Shown: positions 29,194 to 37,177 of the stretch, one piece after another
How positions within the stretch are numbered: position 1 is the stretch's first letter
Layout of the letters: every line of letters starts with the position of its first letter
Origin: an uncultured Gammaproteobacteria bacterium
GTDB taxonomy: Bacteria > Patescibacteriota > Microgenomatia > Daviesbacterales > UBA10151
Length of the DNA stretch: 64,000 bases
Reading direction: 5' to 3'
NCBI GenBank assembly: GCA_964636275.1
Contig: CAZWRN010000002.1
Location: 9,910-73,909 of the forward strand
Program-made: the position numbers and the translations under genes
The notes under the pieces: generated by a model
The model's input: the letters and a program-made list of their open reading frames with translations, nothing else
The model's database searches: none
Told to the model about the DNA's origin: nothing

Positions 29194-29724
29194 TTACTTA
29201 GAATTTTTGTAGATTATTCTGGCTTTAAATAAATTTTCTCTGAAGCCGCCTTCTTGTATAAACTTTTCTCTCAACCACCTTATTTTTTTGTCTAATAGGG
29301 CGTTAGTTTGATTTATCAGACATATCATGGCGTTTGCTGCTGTTTCAGATGAAACAATATAATCTTTATAATTTTTATAATCGTTATAAGCATTATAGGC
29401 AAAGTCTCTGACCTTCTTAGCCTCTTTTGAATCCAATGCCCATTGTTTCAGCCCGTTTTGCCGTAAGAAGTCAGTATAGTCATTTAACAACTCTTCAAAA
29501 CTTCCCCTCGAAACGCCCAAAAGCTTAATTCTGGTTTCCAAACTCTGTTGCATATAGCCCTCGGGGATATTTTGTTTGCCAGAGCGTCCAGCTTGTTCCA
29601 TCTGGTCTTTAGTTCTGGAATAAGGATTTATATATTTTTTTACAAATTCAATTGTGAAATCATAGATAATTTCGGCCTGTTTATAAAAAGCGAGGTCTTT
29701 ATATCCATGTGAGCTGACATTCAT
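29194..29724 (-). CDS. Four-helix-bundle protein (TIGR02436-like)
   Basis: YKDLAFYKQAEIIYDFTIEFVKK...QMEQAGRSGKQNIPEGY matches the family found in rRNA intervening sequences and mobile contexts. Confidence 0.4.
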   Translation of the reverse strand: MNVSSHGYKDLAFYKQAEIIYDFTIEFVKKYINPYSRTKDQMEQAGRSGKQNIPEGYMQQSLETRIKLLGVSRGSFEELLNDYTDFLRQNGLKQWALDSKEAKKVRDFAYNAYNDYKNYKDYIVSSETAANAMICLINQTNALLDKKIRWLREKFIQEGGFRENLFKARIIYKNSK

Positions 29725-29775
29725 CAGCCGAGTATAACGAAGAATAATTTTTTATTCTAGATGGTAATTTGGGTT

Positions 29776-31515
29776 TTATTTGGTTTTCTTAAACTGAGTG
29801 TTATACATCTCAACAAGTTCTTTTACTGTGGTTGCATCTTCCGCTTTCTTATCAGCATCTCTAAATTTAACAAGACGCGGAAATCTTAGAGCATAGCCTG
29901 TGCCATTTTCATCACGACCGGCGGTATGATTGGGAGAGCGGGTGATCTCATCGGCCAGCACTTCAATGACAATTTCCGGTTTGATCCAGACTGATGGCTC
30001 CATCACTGCATTTACTCTGGCTGGTTTGTGATCAACTTTTATCTTGTCCGCTCTCTTATGGATCTCTCGCCATTCATCATCACTTAAGCCAGTACCAATT
30101 TTTGAGACGGTCACAAACTCGTCTTTATCTTTGTCATAAAGACCGACCAAAAGTGCTCCGGCTCCAAATTCTGCCCGCTTGCCCCGGCCATAAATATATC
30201 CCAGTATCACACAATCGACAGTGTCTTTAAGCTCACCTGAAGAGTTTCTTTTCTGTTTAACCCAATTAAAATTTCTGGCGCCAGCTTCGTATTTAGAATC
30301 TGGCCTTTTGACTATCAAACCCTCCAGTCCTTCACTTAGAGCCTCTTCAAACAGAGTCTGTATCCGGTCTGCATCACTGGTGATCTCGCCTGGCTGAGGA
30401 ATCAATACTTCATCACCGTGAATCTCTTTGGTCAAATACTTAACTCTCTCTTCCACTGGTAGGTCCATTAGCGATTTGCCCTCCAGATACATGATGTCAA
30501 AGACCATGGCACGCAGAGGCATAGTTTTGGCTGCTTCTTCGATCCCATGTTTTCTTCTTCTTTTGGTTGTTTCTTGAAATGGCAAAAATTCATTAGATTC
30601 AGGATTGTAGGCTAGTGCTTCAGAATCAAAGATAGCGGTTTTAGCTTTAATCTGATTTCTAACTCCTTCGAGGATATCCGGAAACATCTCGGTTGTCTCT
30701 TCCAGGTTTCTGGAAAAAAGCCTCACTTTGTCACCATTTTTGTGGATTTGGACCCGAAAACCGTCGTATTTAAACTGGACATGGGCTTTGCCATCAAATT
30801 TTTCCAAAATCGCTTTAGGTGTTGGCAACCTTTCAGCCAGTTGAGAACGGATCGGCCGGCCGACAGTCACCTCCAGATTTTCAACTGCTTTAAGCCCACC
30901 ATCCCAAAGTTTTTCTCCAATCAAACCCAGGTCCGATACTCGATTGTAAGCACCCTCAAGCAGTTTACGTTTGGATTTATCACCCAATTTGGCTACAGCA
31001 AATGCATCTAAGACTGTCGGGTCCCCTATTCCTAAGCGTGATGTGCCAAGTGGAATTCTGACGAGATGTTTGGCTTCAATGCCATCAACTTTTGCTAATA
31101 GATTTGATAAGGTAGAGATTTTTTTCTCAACCGTCCCATCACCACTGTAACCGGCAATTTCTTTTAAAGTCTCAAAAACCTCTTTAACACTAATTCCCTG
31201 ACTCTTGATCATTGATTCCTGACTCAGTTTCTCTGCTACTTTTCCTAAATCTCCAACTTTTCCATAGTCTTTCAGCACCACCTCTCTATCCACATCATAG
31301 GCCCGAGCCATCGAGGCGGCGACATTTTTTTCGGCCATCCCTATCTCTGTCGCCTCATAAAAAGGGGCTACTCTGCCTTGAATTAGATAGGAAACCATCG
31401 GGACTTCAGAAGGGGTAACTTTTTTAAAAAGCTCTGATAAAATCTCAATCAAACTGAGCCTCGAGGAAGTCTCCTCGAGCTTTTCAAAAAATTGTGACAA
31501 CTCTTTAAAGGTCAT
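29776..31515 (-). CDS. ATP-dependent DNA ligase
   Basis: Adenylation motif KYDGFRVQIH (KxDG), an OB domain and an N-terminal DNA-binding domain. 579 aa. Confidence 0.9.
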   Translation of the reverse strand: MTFKELSQFFEKLEETSSRLSLIEILSELFKKVTPSEVPMVSYLIQGRVAPFYEATEIGMAEKNVAASMARAYDVDREVVLKDYGKVGDLGKVAEKLSQESMIKSQGISVKEVFETLKEIAGYSGDGTVEKKISTLSNLLAKVDGIEAKHLVRIPLGTSRLGIGDPTVLDAFAVAKLGDKSKRKLLEGAYNRVSDLGLIGEKLWDGGLKAVENLEVTVGRPIRSQLAERLPTPKAILEKFDGKAHVQFKYDGFRVQIHKNGDKVRLFSRNLEETTEMFPDILEGVRNQIKAKTAIFDSEALAYNPESNEFLPFQETTKRRRKHGIEEAAKTMPLRAMVFDIMYLEGKSLMDLPVEERVKYLTKEIHGDEVLIPQPGEITSDADRIQTLFEEALSEGLEGLIVKRPDSKYEAGARNFNWVKQKRNSSGELKDTVDCVILGYIYGRGKRAEFGAGALLVGLYDKDKDEFVTVSKIGTGLSDDEWREIHKRADKIKVDHKPARVNAVMEPSVWIKPEIVIEVLADEITRSPNHTAGRDENGTGYALRFPRLVKFRDADKKAEDATTVKELVEMYNTQFKKTK

Positions 31516-31586
31516 GTCTCAGATTGTAATGGATTGATTCTAATCCGGCAACAGTAGCAATTCTTACACTCAAATATGATAATTTT

Positions 31587-31967
31587 TTGATGCCTCGATC
31601 TGAACTAATTAGACAAATTAGACCCACTGATGAGATTTTGAAAGCTAACAATTCTGGGAGAGTTTCCTTACCAGATGATTCAAATCGATCAGCAATAGAA
31701 ATTGAACTGGCAAGGCAAACATTGGAACTAAGTATGATATTGGCGGATGATATCAGGCAATCTTTAACAATATTACGTGTCTCCTTAGAAAGACCGGGAA
31801 TAGTTGCAATAAACCCTCAACAGCTAGTATCTCAAGTAGAGGACACCGTTCATCGACATATTTTAATGGCTAATGATATTTTTTTGGCTGCTAAGCTCGG
31901 AATCCCCAAAACACAGCCAGATATTAGAAATGCCATAAACTTGATGCCAGCCCATTTGCGTATGTAA
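31587..31967 (+). CDS. Hypothetical small protein (GC-rich module, gene 1)
   Basis: 126 aa. The stop codon is embedded in the promoter-like repeat of the next gene. Confidence 0.4.
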   Translation: MMPRSELIRQIRPTDEILKANNSGRVSLPDDSNRSAIEIELARQTLELSMILADDIRQSLTILRVSLERPGIVAINPQQLVSQVEDTVHRHILMANDIFLAAKLGIPKTQPDIRNAINLMPAHLRM

Positions 31968-31985
31968 GAATAAGACTGCTACAAT
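31956..31985 (+). promoter_or_regulatory. Sigma70-like promoter TTGCGT-N18-TACAAT upstream of GGDEF gene
   Basis: TTGCGT at 31956-61 and TACAAT at 31980-85. The ATG follows at 31993. Confidence 0.5.
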
Positions 31986-31992
31986 CTATCTA

Positions 31993-33285
31993 ATGTCCGA
32001 AAACAAACCTTCCCTGGCTGAGCAAGCAGGCGCTGATTTTTTAAATCATAAAGTCCGCATGGAGAAAGCATTAGCAGGACATCGTGAGATTGTTCATCCT
32101 AAAAAATATCCCGCTATCACAACGTCTTTGGAGCGACCTGACATAGGACATATGGAGTTTACGCTTGACCCTGAGCATCCAGGACAATCCTATGAACTAA
32201 ATAAACGTATGCGCGGTTTAGCTAAAGAAATTGGGCCTGAACATCCACCACTACCAACAAAAGTACTGGAAGGGATGGCTGCCAGAGATTATGGAAAAGA
32301 TAAAATCATTGAAGCTGGATCCTATGACCCTTTATGTCGTGAAAAAGGGATAGATTTGCTGACAAGAGGGGCGGGCTTAGAAAGGCTTAAACAAGCTATC
32401 GCCACTATCAGACGAACTCGTCAAGGGTCAATCGCTGTATTTTTTGCTGATTTAGATAAATTTAAAAATATTAATGACAACTTTCCGGAAGGACATCCTG
32501 GTGGTGACGCTTTGATTAGATGTGCAGCTGAAAGTTTGCAACAAACAGGTACCCGAGATACAGATTTTAGTGTGAGATACGGCGGTGAAGAGCTGATGAA
32601 AGTTTTACTAATGGATGGGGATCCAAGGAAGGCTCGAAAAGCTGCAAAAAAACTGGCCTTGGCATTACAAAAAAGATACGCACTTAACCAGCGAAGAGCA
32701 CTCGCAACAAAGGGTATATTCCTAGACGAAGCGGACAAACAGCTTCTGGAACGAGATTATGGGAATTTTCCCTCTTTAGATGAATTGCAGACGATGAGTA
32801 TTGGCATTGCTTTTATCTCCGCAGAGGACCCCCGCCTGGATGATCCCACTTTTATAGATATATTGCTTAAAGAAGCCAATGAAGCTGAACATGCGGCTAA
32901 AACTGAAAGAAATCGGGTCGCTATCATGAAAGATGGCAAGCCAGTACTGGTAGATCCAGATCTGAGTGAACACCCTGTCACAGTAGAAGAGATCTCCCCT
33001 GAAGAACAAGCTAAAGTTGAGGCCTTAAGACAGGCTAAACATGCATTCGATCATATCACCGGTAATAAACTTGGTGGAGCTATGGGAAAACTTGAATTAG
33101 CACTTATGAAAACAGATCCAGAAGATGTGAAAAGATATATCGAAGATGCTCTAGAGGGTCTGAGTGAGCTGGATGAGGAATTGGATACGGTAACTTCTCT
33201 ACAAAGATTTATTACTGAACAAGGCCCTGACGGGAAACCAAGACTTAATGTTGAAGCCTCTTTGGAAAAGCAAGGACAATCATAA
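31993..33285 (+). CDS. GGDEF-domain diguanylate cyclase (GGEEL active-site variant) with N- and C-terminal extensions
   Basis: FFADLDKFKNINDNFPEGHPGGDALIRCAAESL...DFSVRYGGEELMKVLL, then SIGIAF...ANEAEHAAKTERNRVAI. Confidence 0.7.
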   Translation: MSENKPSLAEQAGADFLNHKVRMEKALAGHREIVHPKKYPAITTSLERPDIGHMEFTLDPEHPGQSYELNKRMRGLAKEIGPEHPPLPTKVLEGMAARDYGKDKIIEAGSYDPLCREKGIDLLTRGAGLERLKQAIATIRRTRQGSIAVFFADLDKFKNINDNFPEGHPGGDALIRCAAESLQQTGTRDTDFSVRYGGEELMKVLLMDGDPRKARKAAKKLALALQKRYALNQRRALATKGIFLDEADKQLLERDYGNFPSLDELQTMSIGIAFISAEDPRLDDPTFIDILLKEANEAEHAAKTERNRVAIMKDGKPVLVDPDLSEHPVTVEEISPEEQAKVEALRQAKHAFDHITGNKLGGAMGKLELALMKTDPEDVKRYIEDALEGLSELDEELDTVTSLQRFITEQGPDGKPRLNVEASLEKQGQS

Positions 33286-33298
33286 ATCCCTATTCCTC

Positions 33299-33327
33299 TT
33301 GCGTATGTAAGATTAAACCTATATAAT
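33299..33327 (+). promoter_or_regulatory. Sigma70-like promoter TTGCGT-N17-TATAAT (paralogous to 31956 element)
   Basis: TTGCGT at 33299-304 and TATAAT at 33322-27. It shares the string TTGCGTATGTAAGAWTAA with the upstream copy. Confidence 0.55.
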
Positions 33328-33333
33328 CCGACT

Positions 33334-33678
33334 ATGTCCTCCCCAGACAAACCAACTGCTCAATCGACAACAGCGATTGAACAAAAAGATATGCTTCTTG
33401 GAATAACTTATGCAAGTCGTGCTGTGACTCATGAAGCGCTCACTCCTTTAAACATTGCCACGGGCTATTTAGAACTTATGGTAGAGGATGCTACGCTCTC
33501 TCCTCATCATCGGCAAAACATTCAAGAAGCAATATCTCAAATAATGCGCGCTGCTGACTCACTTAACAGCTTACCTCGTATACGCCAAATTATCACAACC
33601 GAATCACCAGTGGGACCCATGTTAGATATTAAAGCTTCGATCAAGCCGGCTGAAACAAAACCTGACACCACGGCGTGA
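33334..33678 (+). CDS. Small stand-alone HisKA (DHp)-like protein
   Basis: The H-box-like RAVTHEALTPLNIATGYLELM resembles the sensor-kinase phospho-acceptor motif (SHELRTPL). 114 aa, no ATPase domain. Confidence 0.45.
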   Translation: MSSPDKPTAQSTTAIEQKDMLLGITYASRAVTHEALTPLNIATGYLELMVEDATLSPHHRQNIQEAISQIMRAADSLNSLPRIRQIITTESPVGPMLDIKASIKPAETKPDTTA

Positions 33679-33763
33679 ATTTTTGGATCTTCTCCACAGT
33701 GCTAATTCCAACCAATTATGATCTTTTTGTTCTTCTCTTTCTTTATACATAGGGCCTCCTTTC

Positions 33764-34237
33764 TTATGGTTTGATAAATACCAGTGAAACGACTGACATC
33801 TCTTTCCCCTGAAAATTACCCGTCTGCTCCCCCAGGCCTATTACGGTAAATTGATCAGATAGTATGTTGGCTCTGTGGGCCGGTGAATCCATCCAGGCTT
33901 TGACCATCTGATAATCATCGGTAAAACCTTTAGCTAGATTTTCCCCGGCTGCCTGATATTTCAGATGAGAGGTATTAATCAAATCCCATACCAACTCTCC
34001 ACTTGGTGACTGATGCGACCAATACTGTTTTTGCATCATATCTCTGACTTTTTTCTGAGCAATAAAAGAGAGCTCCGCATTGATGGTATATTTTGGTAAG
34101 TGATGTTCTGTTCGCTCTCGGTTTATCTCCTCAACTACTCTTTTTTCGTCATAAGCCCAGGTTGTTTTGACCCCCACAGAGATAACAGTAGTTATTACCG
34201 TCATAAATATTAAGATTTTTTTTATTGTTTGTTTCAT
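33764..34237 (-). CDS. Secreted CAP/SCP (PR-1-like) domain protein
   Basis: Signal peptide. GENLA...W..SPAHRANIL are CAP motifs. Confidence 0.6.
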   Translation of the reverse strand: MKQTIKKILIFMTVITTVISVGVKTTWAYDEKRVVEEINRERTEHHLPKYTINAELSFIAQKKVRDMMQKQYWSHQSPSGELVWDLINTSHLKYQAAGENLAKGFTDDYQMVKAWMDSPAHRANILSDQFTVIGLGEQTGNFQGKEMSVVSLVFIKP

Positions 34238-34316
34238 ATTTTTCTATCAAGCGGGCATCGCGTGGATAACCCGCCTGACTTTTTGATGATCAACCGCTAA
34301 ACAGATTGATATTGTT

Positions 34317-34436
34317 TTAATTCTTCTGGCCGCAATTTTTGCACCAGGCTTTGTCGTAGTTCCAGACCTGCAGCTCACCTCCGCAAGCGGAACATTTATC
34401 GTTGAGTAGCCAGACAAATGATTGTAAATAGTTCAT
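34317..34436 (-). CDS. Small zinc-ribbon protein (39 aa), unannotated in ORF track
   Basis: Reverse strand encodes MNYLQSFVWLLNDKCSACGGELQVWNYDKAWCKNCGQKN, with a CxxC...CxxC pattern. Confidence 0.3.
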   Translation of the reverse strand: MNYLQSFVWLLNDKCSACGGELQVWNYDKAWCKNCGQKN

Positions 34437-34517
34437 CTATCATCTCCTTTCTACAGTTGTAAGATGCATTCTAGGCAAGGTAAGTATTTTTATCAGTAAG
34501 ATTTATTACCTTATAGG

Positions 34518-34533
34518 TGTGATATATCTCACA
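34518..34533. promoter_or_regulatory. Perfect CRP/FNR-type palindrome TGTGA-N6-TCACA
   Basis: TGTGATATATCTCACA lies about 80 nt upstream of the crp-family gene. A TGcTATACT extended -10 is at 34563-34570. Confidence 0.55.
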
Positions 34534-34613
34534 GTCAAAAATGGATTTATAGGCTAAATTATGCTATACTATAAGTCATAGCTCGGAGTAATCCGGGCTT
34601 TTTTTCGGCTATT

Positions 34614-35279
34614 ATGGACTCTGATATACAAAAAAAATTACAGGATTTTTTTAGTCAGTATCGCGCTGTTACCTACAAAAAGGGTGACACTATCTACCGA
34701 CCCGAAGAAACTCCCGATCACATCGCTTATATTAAATCAGGCTACGTCAGACAATATATTATTACCCAGGATGGTGAAGAGAGAACGATAAATATATTTA
34801 AGCCAATTTTTTATTTTAGTCTGATATTTGCTATGACTGATACTAAAAATAAATATTATTTTGAAGCGATTACTCCCGTGGAGATGTGGAAAGCACCCAG
34901 AAACGATGTTATCGATTTTATTCATTCTGATCCACAGGTCTTGTTTGAAATAACTAAAAATATTTTTCGTGGATTTTCAGATCTACTGCAAAATCTGGAA
35001 GCTGCAATTTCTGGGGATGCCTATTCCAAAGTATCAGCGATGATATTGATGATGGCTGAGCGTTTTGGCAGTCAAGTAGCTCAGATCAATCAAACATATA
35101 TCACTATCAGCCCGACTCATAAAGATATTGGTGGTTTGCTGGGTTTTAGCCGCGAAACGGTCAGTATTCAGATGGGAAAATTACAACAACAAGGGATCAT
35201 CGCACAAGAAAATGGCAAGATATATATCAAAAATCTAGAACAATTGAGAGATGCAGCTGCAACGTCTCATTCATCCTAA
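34614..35279 (+). CDS. Crp/Fnr-family transcriptional regulator
   Basis: N-terminal cNMP-binding beta-roll and a C-terminal HTH (RETVSIQMGKLQQQGII). Confidence 0.75.
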   Translation: MDSDIQKKLQDFFSQYRAVTYKKGDTIYRPEETPDHIAYIKSGYVRQYIITQDGEERTINIFKPIFYFSLIFAMTDTKNKYYFEAITPVEMWKAPRNDVIDFIHSDPQVLFEITKNIFRGFSDLLQNLEAAISGDAYSKVSAMILMMAERFGSQVAQINQTYITISPTHKDIGGLLGFSRETVSIQMGKLQQQGIIAQENGKIYIKNLEQLRDAAATSHSS

Positions 35280-36347
35280 AACGTATTTAGCTTTTTTAGT
35301 ACCTCCAACCTTTTTGACCAGCCCTTTCTCTTTCAAAAATTTCAATTCTCGGAGTACGGTATCATCAGAATAATCCGGGAAAATTTTTCTAAAATCTTTA
35401 TTCATCATACTGTCGTGTTTGCGTAAATATTCTAGAATGATCATCTGCCTCTCATTTAGTTCGATGCCAAAGCCAAATTTGTCTTTGATGTGTGATTCCC
35501 GAGAGACTAATTTTACTTTTTCTCTGATTGATTGCACCTCTTTGGCAAAGCCTTCAACGAAATATTCTAGCCATTCGGTAAGTTCCCTCTCACTTGAATC
35601 CAACACCTTCTGCCGAGCAACTTTTTGAATTAATGAATAATATTTCAGTGGGTCCTGATCAAAGTATTCATTTAAAGAGATAAAATTGTGATAAAAATAT
35701 CTGTCCAGTGATAAAGTCAACCAGGTTAAAAGTTGAGCTGTTTTGGAATTGGCTGCCAGAAATGGATGAATTCTGACGAGTTCAAAATGGACAATTGCTG
35801 CTTTGATTACCGGATGAGTATCTTTGCCACTTCGTGAATTTATCCAATTGACCAGGTCTTCCAGCATATAGGAGATTTCCACTGCAGGCGGAGGTGAATA
35901 ACTAACCTCCCCGGTTTGAATATTTCTGATGACAATCTGTTTAGATCTGAAGTTTCCAGAATGTTCTGCCGGTAAGACTTTTTCAGTGATAAGACGATGA
36001 ATTTCATTGATAGTTTCTATGGTCAGCTGATATGGTCTGCCAGGACCGATCTGTTTAACAATTTTTTCAATAAACTGGCACCCTTTTTGATAGGCAAAAA
36101 GGTCTTCAACATCTTTTGTCAGAGCATTTACCTCTTTGCCATCCAGCAGCGCTTGAACCTGCTCAAAAGAAAGTCCATTGCCTTCCAGGCGGGTACCAAA
36201 ATGAATAGTTCGTTCAAGTGCATCTTTGGCCAGCTTATTTTCCCAGGCCGGTATAATTGGAGTCGCATCGATGATTTCACGGCCGGCATCGATCTGCCCT
36301 ATATATCTTAAAATTTCATTGGTAATAGTGTATCTTGGTGTGAACAT
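35271..36347 (-). CDS. Fic/Doc-family protein with degenerate motif plus C-terminal winged-helix
   Basis: Core IHPFLAANSKTAQLL replaces the canonical HPFx(D/E)GNGR. The C-terminal wHTH-like segment is LEYLRKHDSMMNKDFRKIF...LKFLKEKGLVKK. Confidence 0.55.
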   Translation of the reverse strand: MFTPRYTITNEILRYIGQIDAGREIIDATPIIPAWENKLAKDALERTIHFGTRLEGNGLSFEQVQALLDGKEVNALTKDVEDLFAYQKGCQFIEKIVKQIGPGRPYQLTIETINEIHRLITEKVLPAEHSGNFRSKQIVIRNIQTGEVSYSPPPAVEISYMLEDLVNWINSRSGKDTHPVIKAAIVHFELVRIHPFLAANSKTAQLLTWLTLSLDRYFYHNFISLNEYFDQDPLKYYSLIQKVARQKVLDSSERELTEWLEYFVEGFAKEVQSIREKVKLVSRESHIKDKFGFGIELNERQMIILEYLRKHDSMMNKDFRKIFPDYSDDTVLRELKFLKEKGLVKKVGGTKKAKYVLG

Positions 36348-36349
36348 AT

Positions 36350-37054
36350 TTAGCTTTGAGATTTTTTATATGTCAAAGAGACAATCAAAATTCCGATAAA
36401 AATCATTGACAGAAGTAAAGTGTACTTTTTGATAATTACTAAAACCATATCCCCTAAAGCATAGACCAGCAAACTCCATGATATGACCCAAAAACAGATT
36501 GAAAACAGGGATATCAGTCCAAACATCGTGATTTCAAGTCTGGATGCCCCAGCTGCCAGCGACATATAGGCACCCAGGTTTGGGTTGATAAATGAGATAA
36601 AAATACTTCGCCCGCCATTTTTTTTAAGTTCTTGTTTGGCTTTATCAAAGACACCTCCCTGCCCAAATCTTTTGAGCAAGTCACTAAAACCATAATATCC
36701 GACTAGGTAATCAATAGTAAAACCAATGACAATACCACTGATGACAGCCAGCATGACAAAAGGCAATTCTGTCTCACCAGTTCGAGCAAAAACTATTCCT
36801 AAAGCCAAGGCTACCTGACCTGGAGCAAACAGATTTATTAATACTAGACTTTCCAGAAGAGCAGCTACAAACAGTATTTCGTAGCCGTAGGTTGCATAGT
36901 ATTTTGAAAATAGATTGACCAGCTCTTCTGAGGTAGGCAAAATACCCCGAATGAAAAAAAGAAACAAAGCATAAGCAACCAGTAATAAGGCAGGAAGGAT
37001 GATATCTGATCCTATAACCATTTGCGTAAATCGACGAATTGGATGAGCGTTCAT
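36350..37054 (-). CDS. DedA/SNARE-associated family membrane protein
   Basis: LFAPGQVALALGIVFA...DYLVGYYG are DedA signatures. Confidence 0.6.
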   Translation of the reverse strand: MNAHPIRRFTQMVIGSDIILPALLLVAYALFLFFIRGILPTSEELVNLFSKYYATYGYEILFVAALLESLVLINLFAPGQVALALGIVFARTGETELPFVMLAVISGIVIGFTIDYLVGYYGFSDLLKRFGQGGVFDKAKQELKKNGGRSIFISFINPNLGAYMSLAAGASRLEITMFGLISLFSICFWVISWSLLVYALGDMVLVIIKKYTLLLSMIFIGILIVSLTYKKSQS

Positions 37055-37177
37055 AAGCTAGAACAGAAGCAATCAGTACTAAGCAAGCGGTTTTTTATCT
37101 TTTTGCTTATCTCTTTTTGCTTATCTCTTATTACTAATTATCGCATATTTCCCGCAGAAAAGTTGGTGGATATCGAT

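Noticed and set aside
32421-33350. Several minus-strand ORFs (105, 74, 77, 99 aa) across the GGDEF gene
   Set aside because: The relatively GC-rich sequence gives long antisense open frames. The sense strand has a clear GGDEF domain.
37096-37135. Tandem repeat considered as a mini-CRISPR
   Set aside because: It has only two 14-nt units with no spacers and no cas genes.
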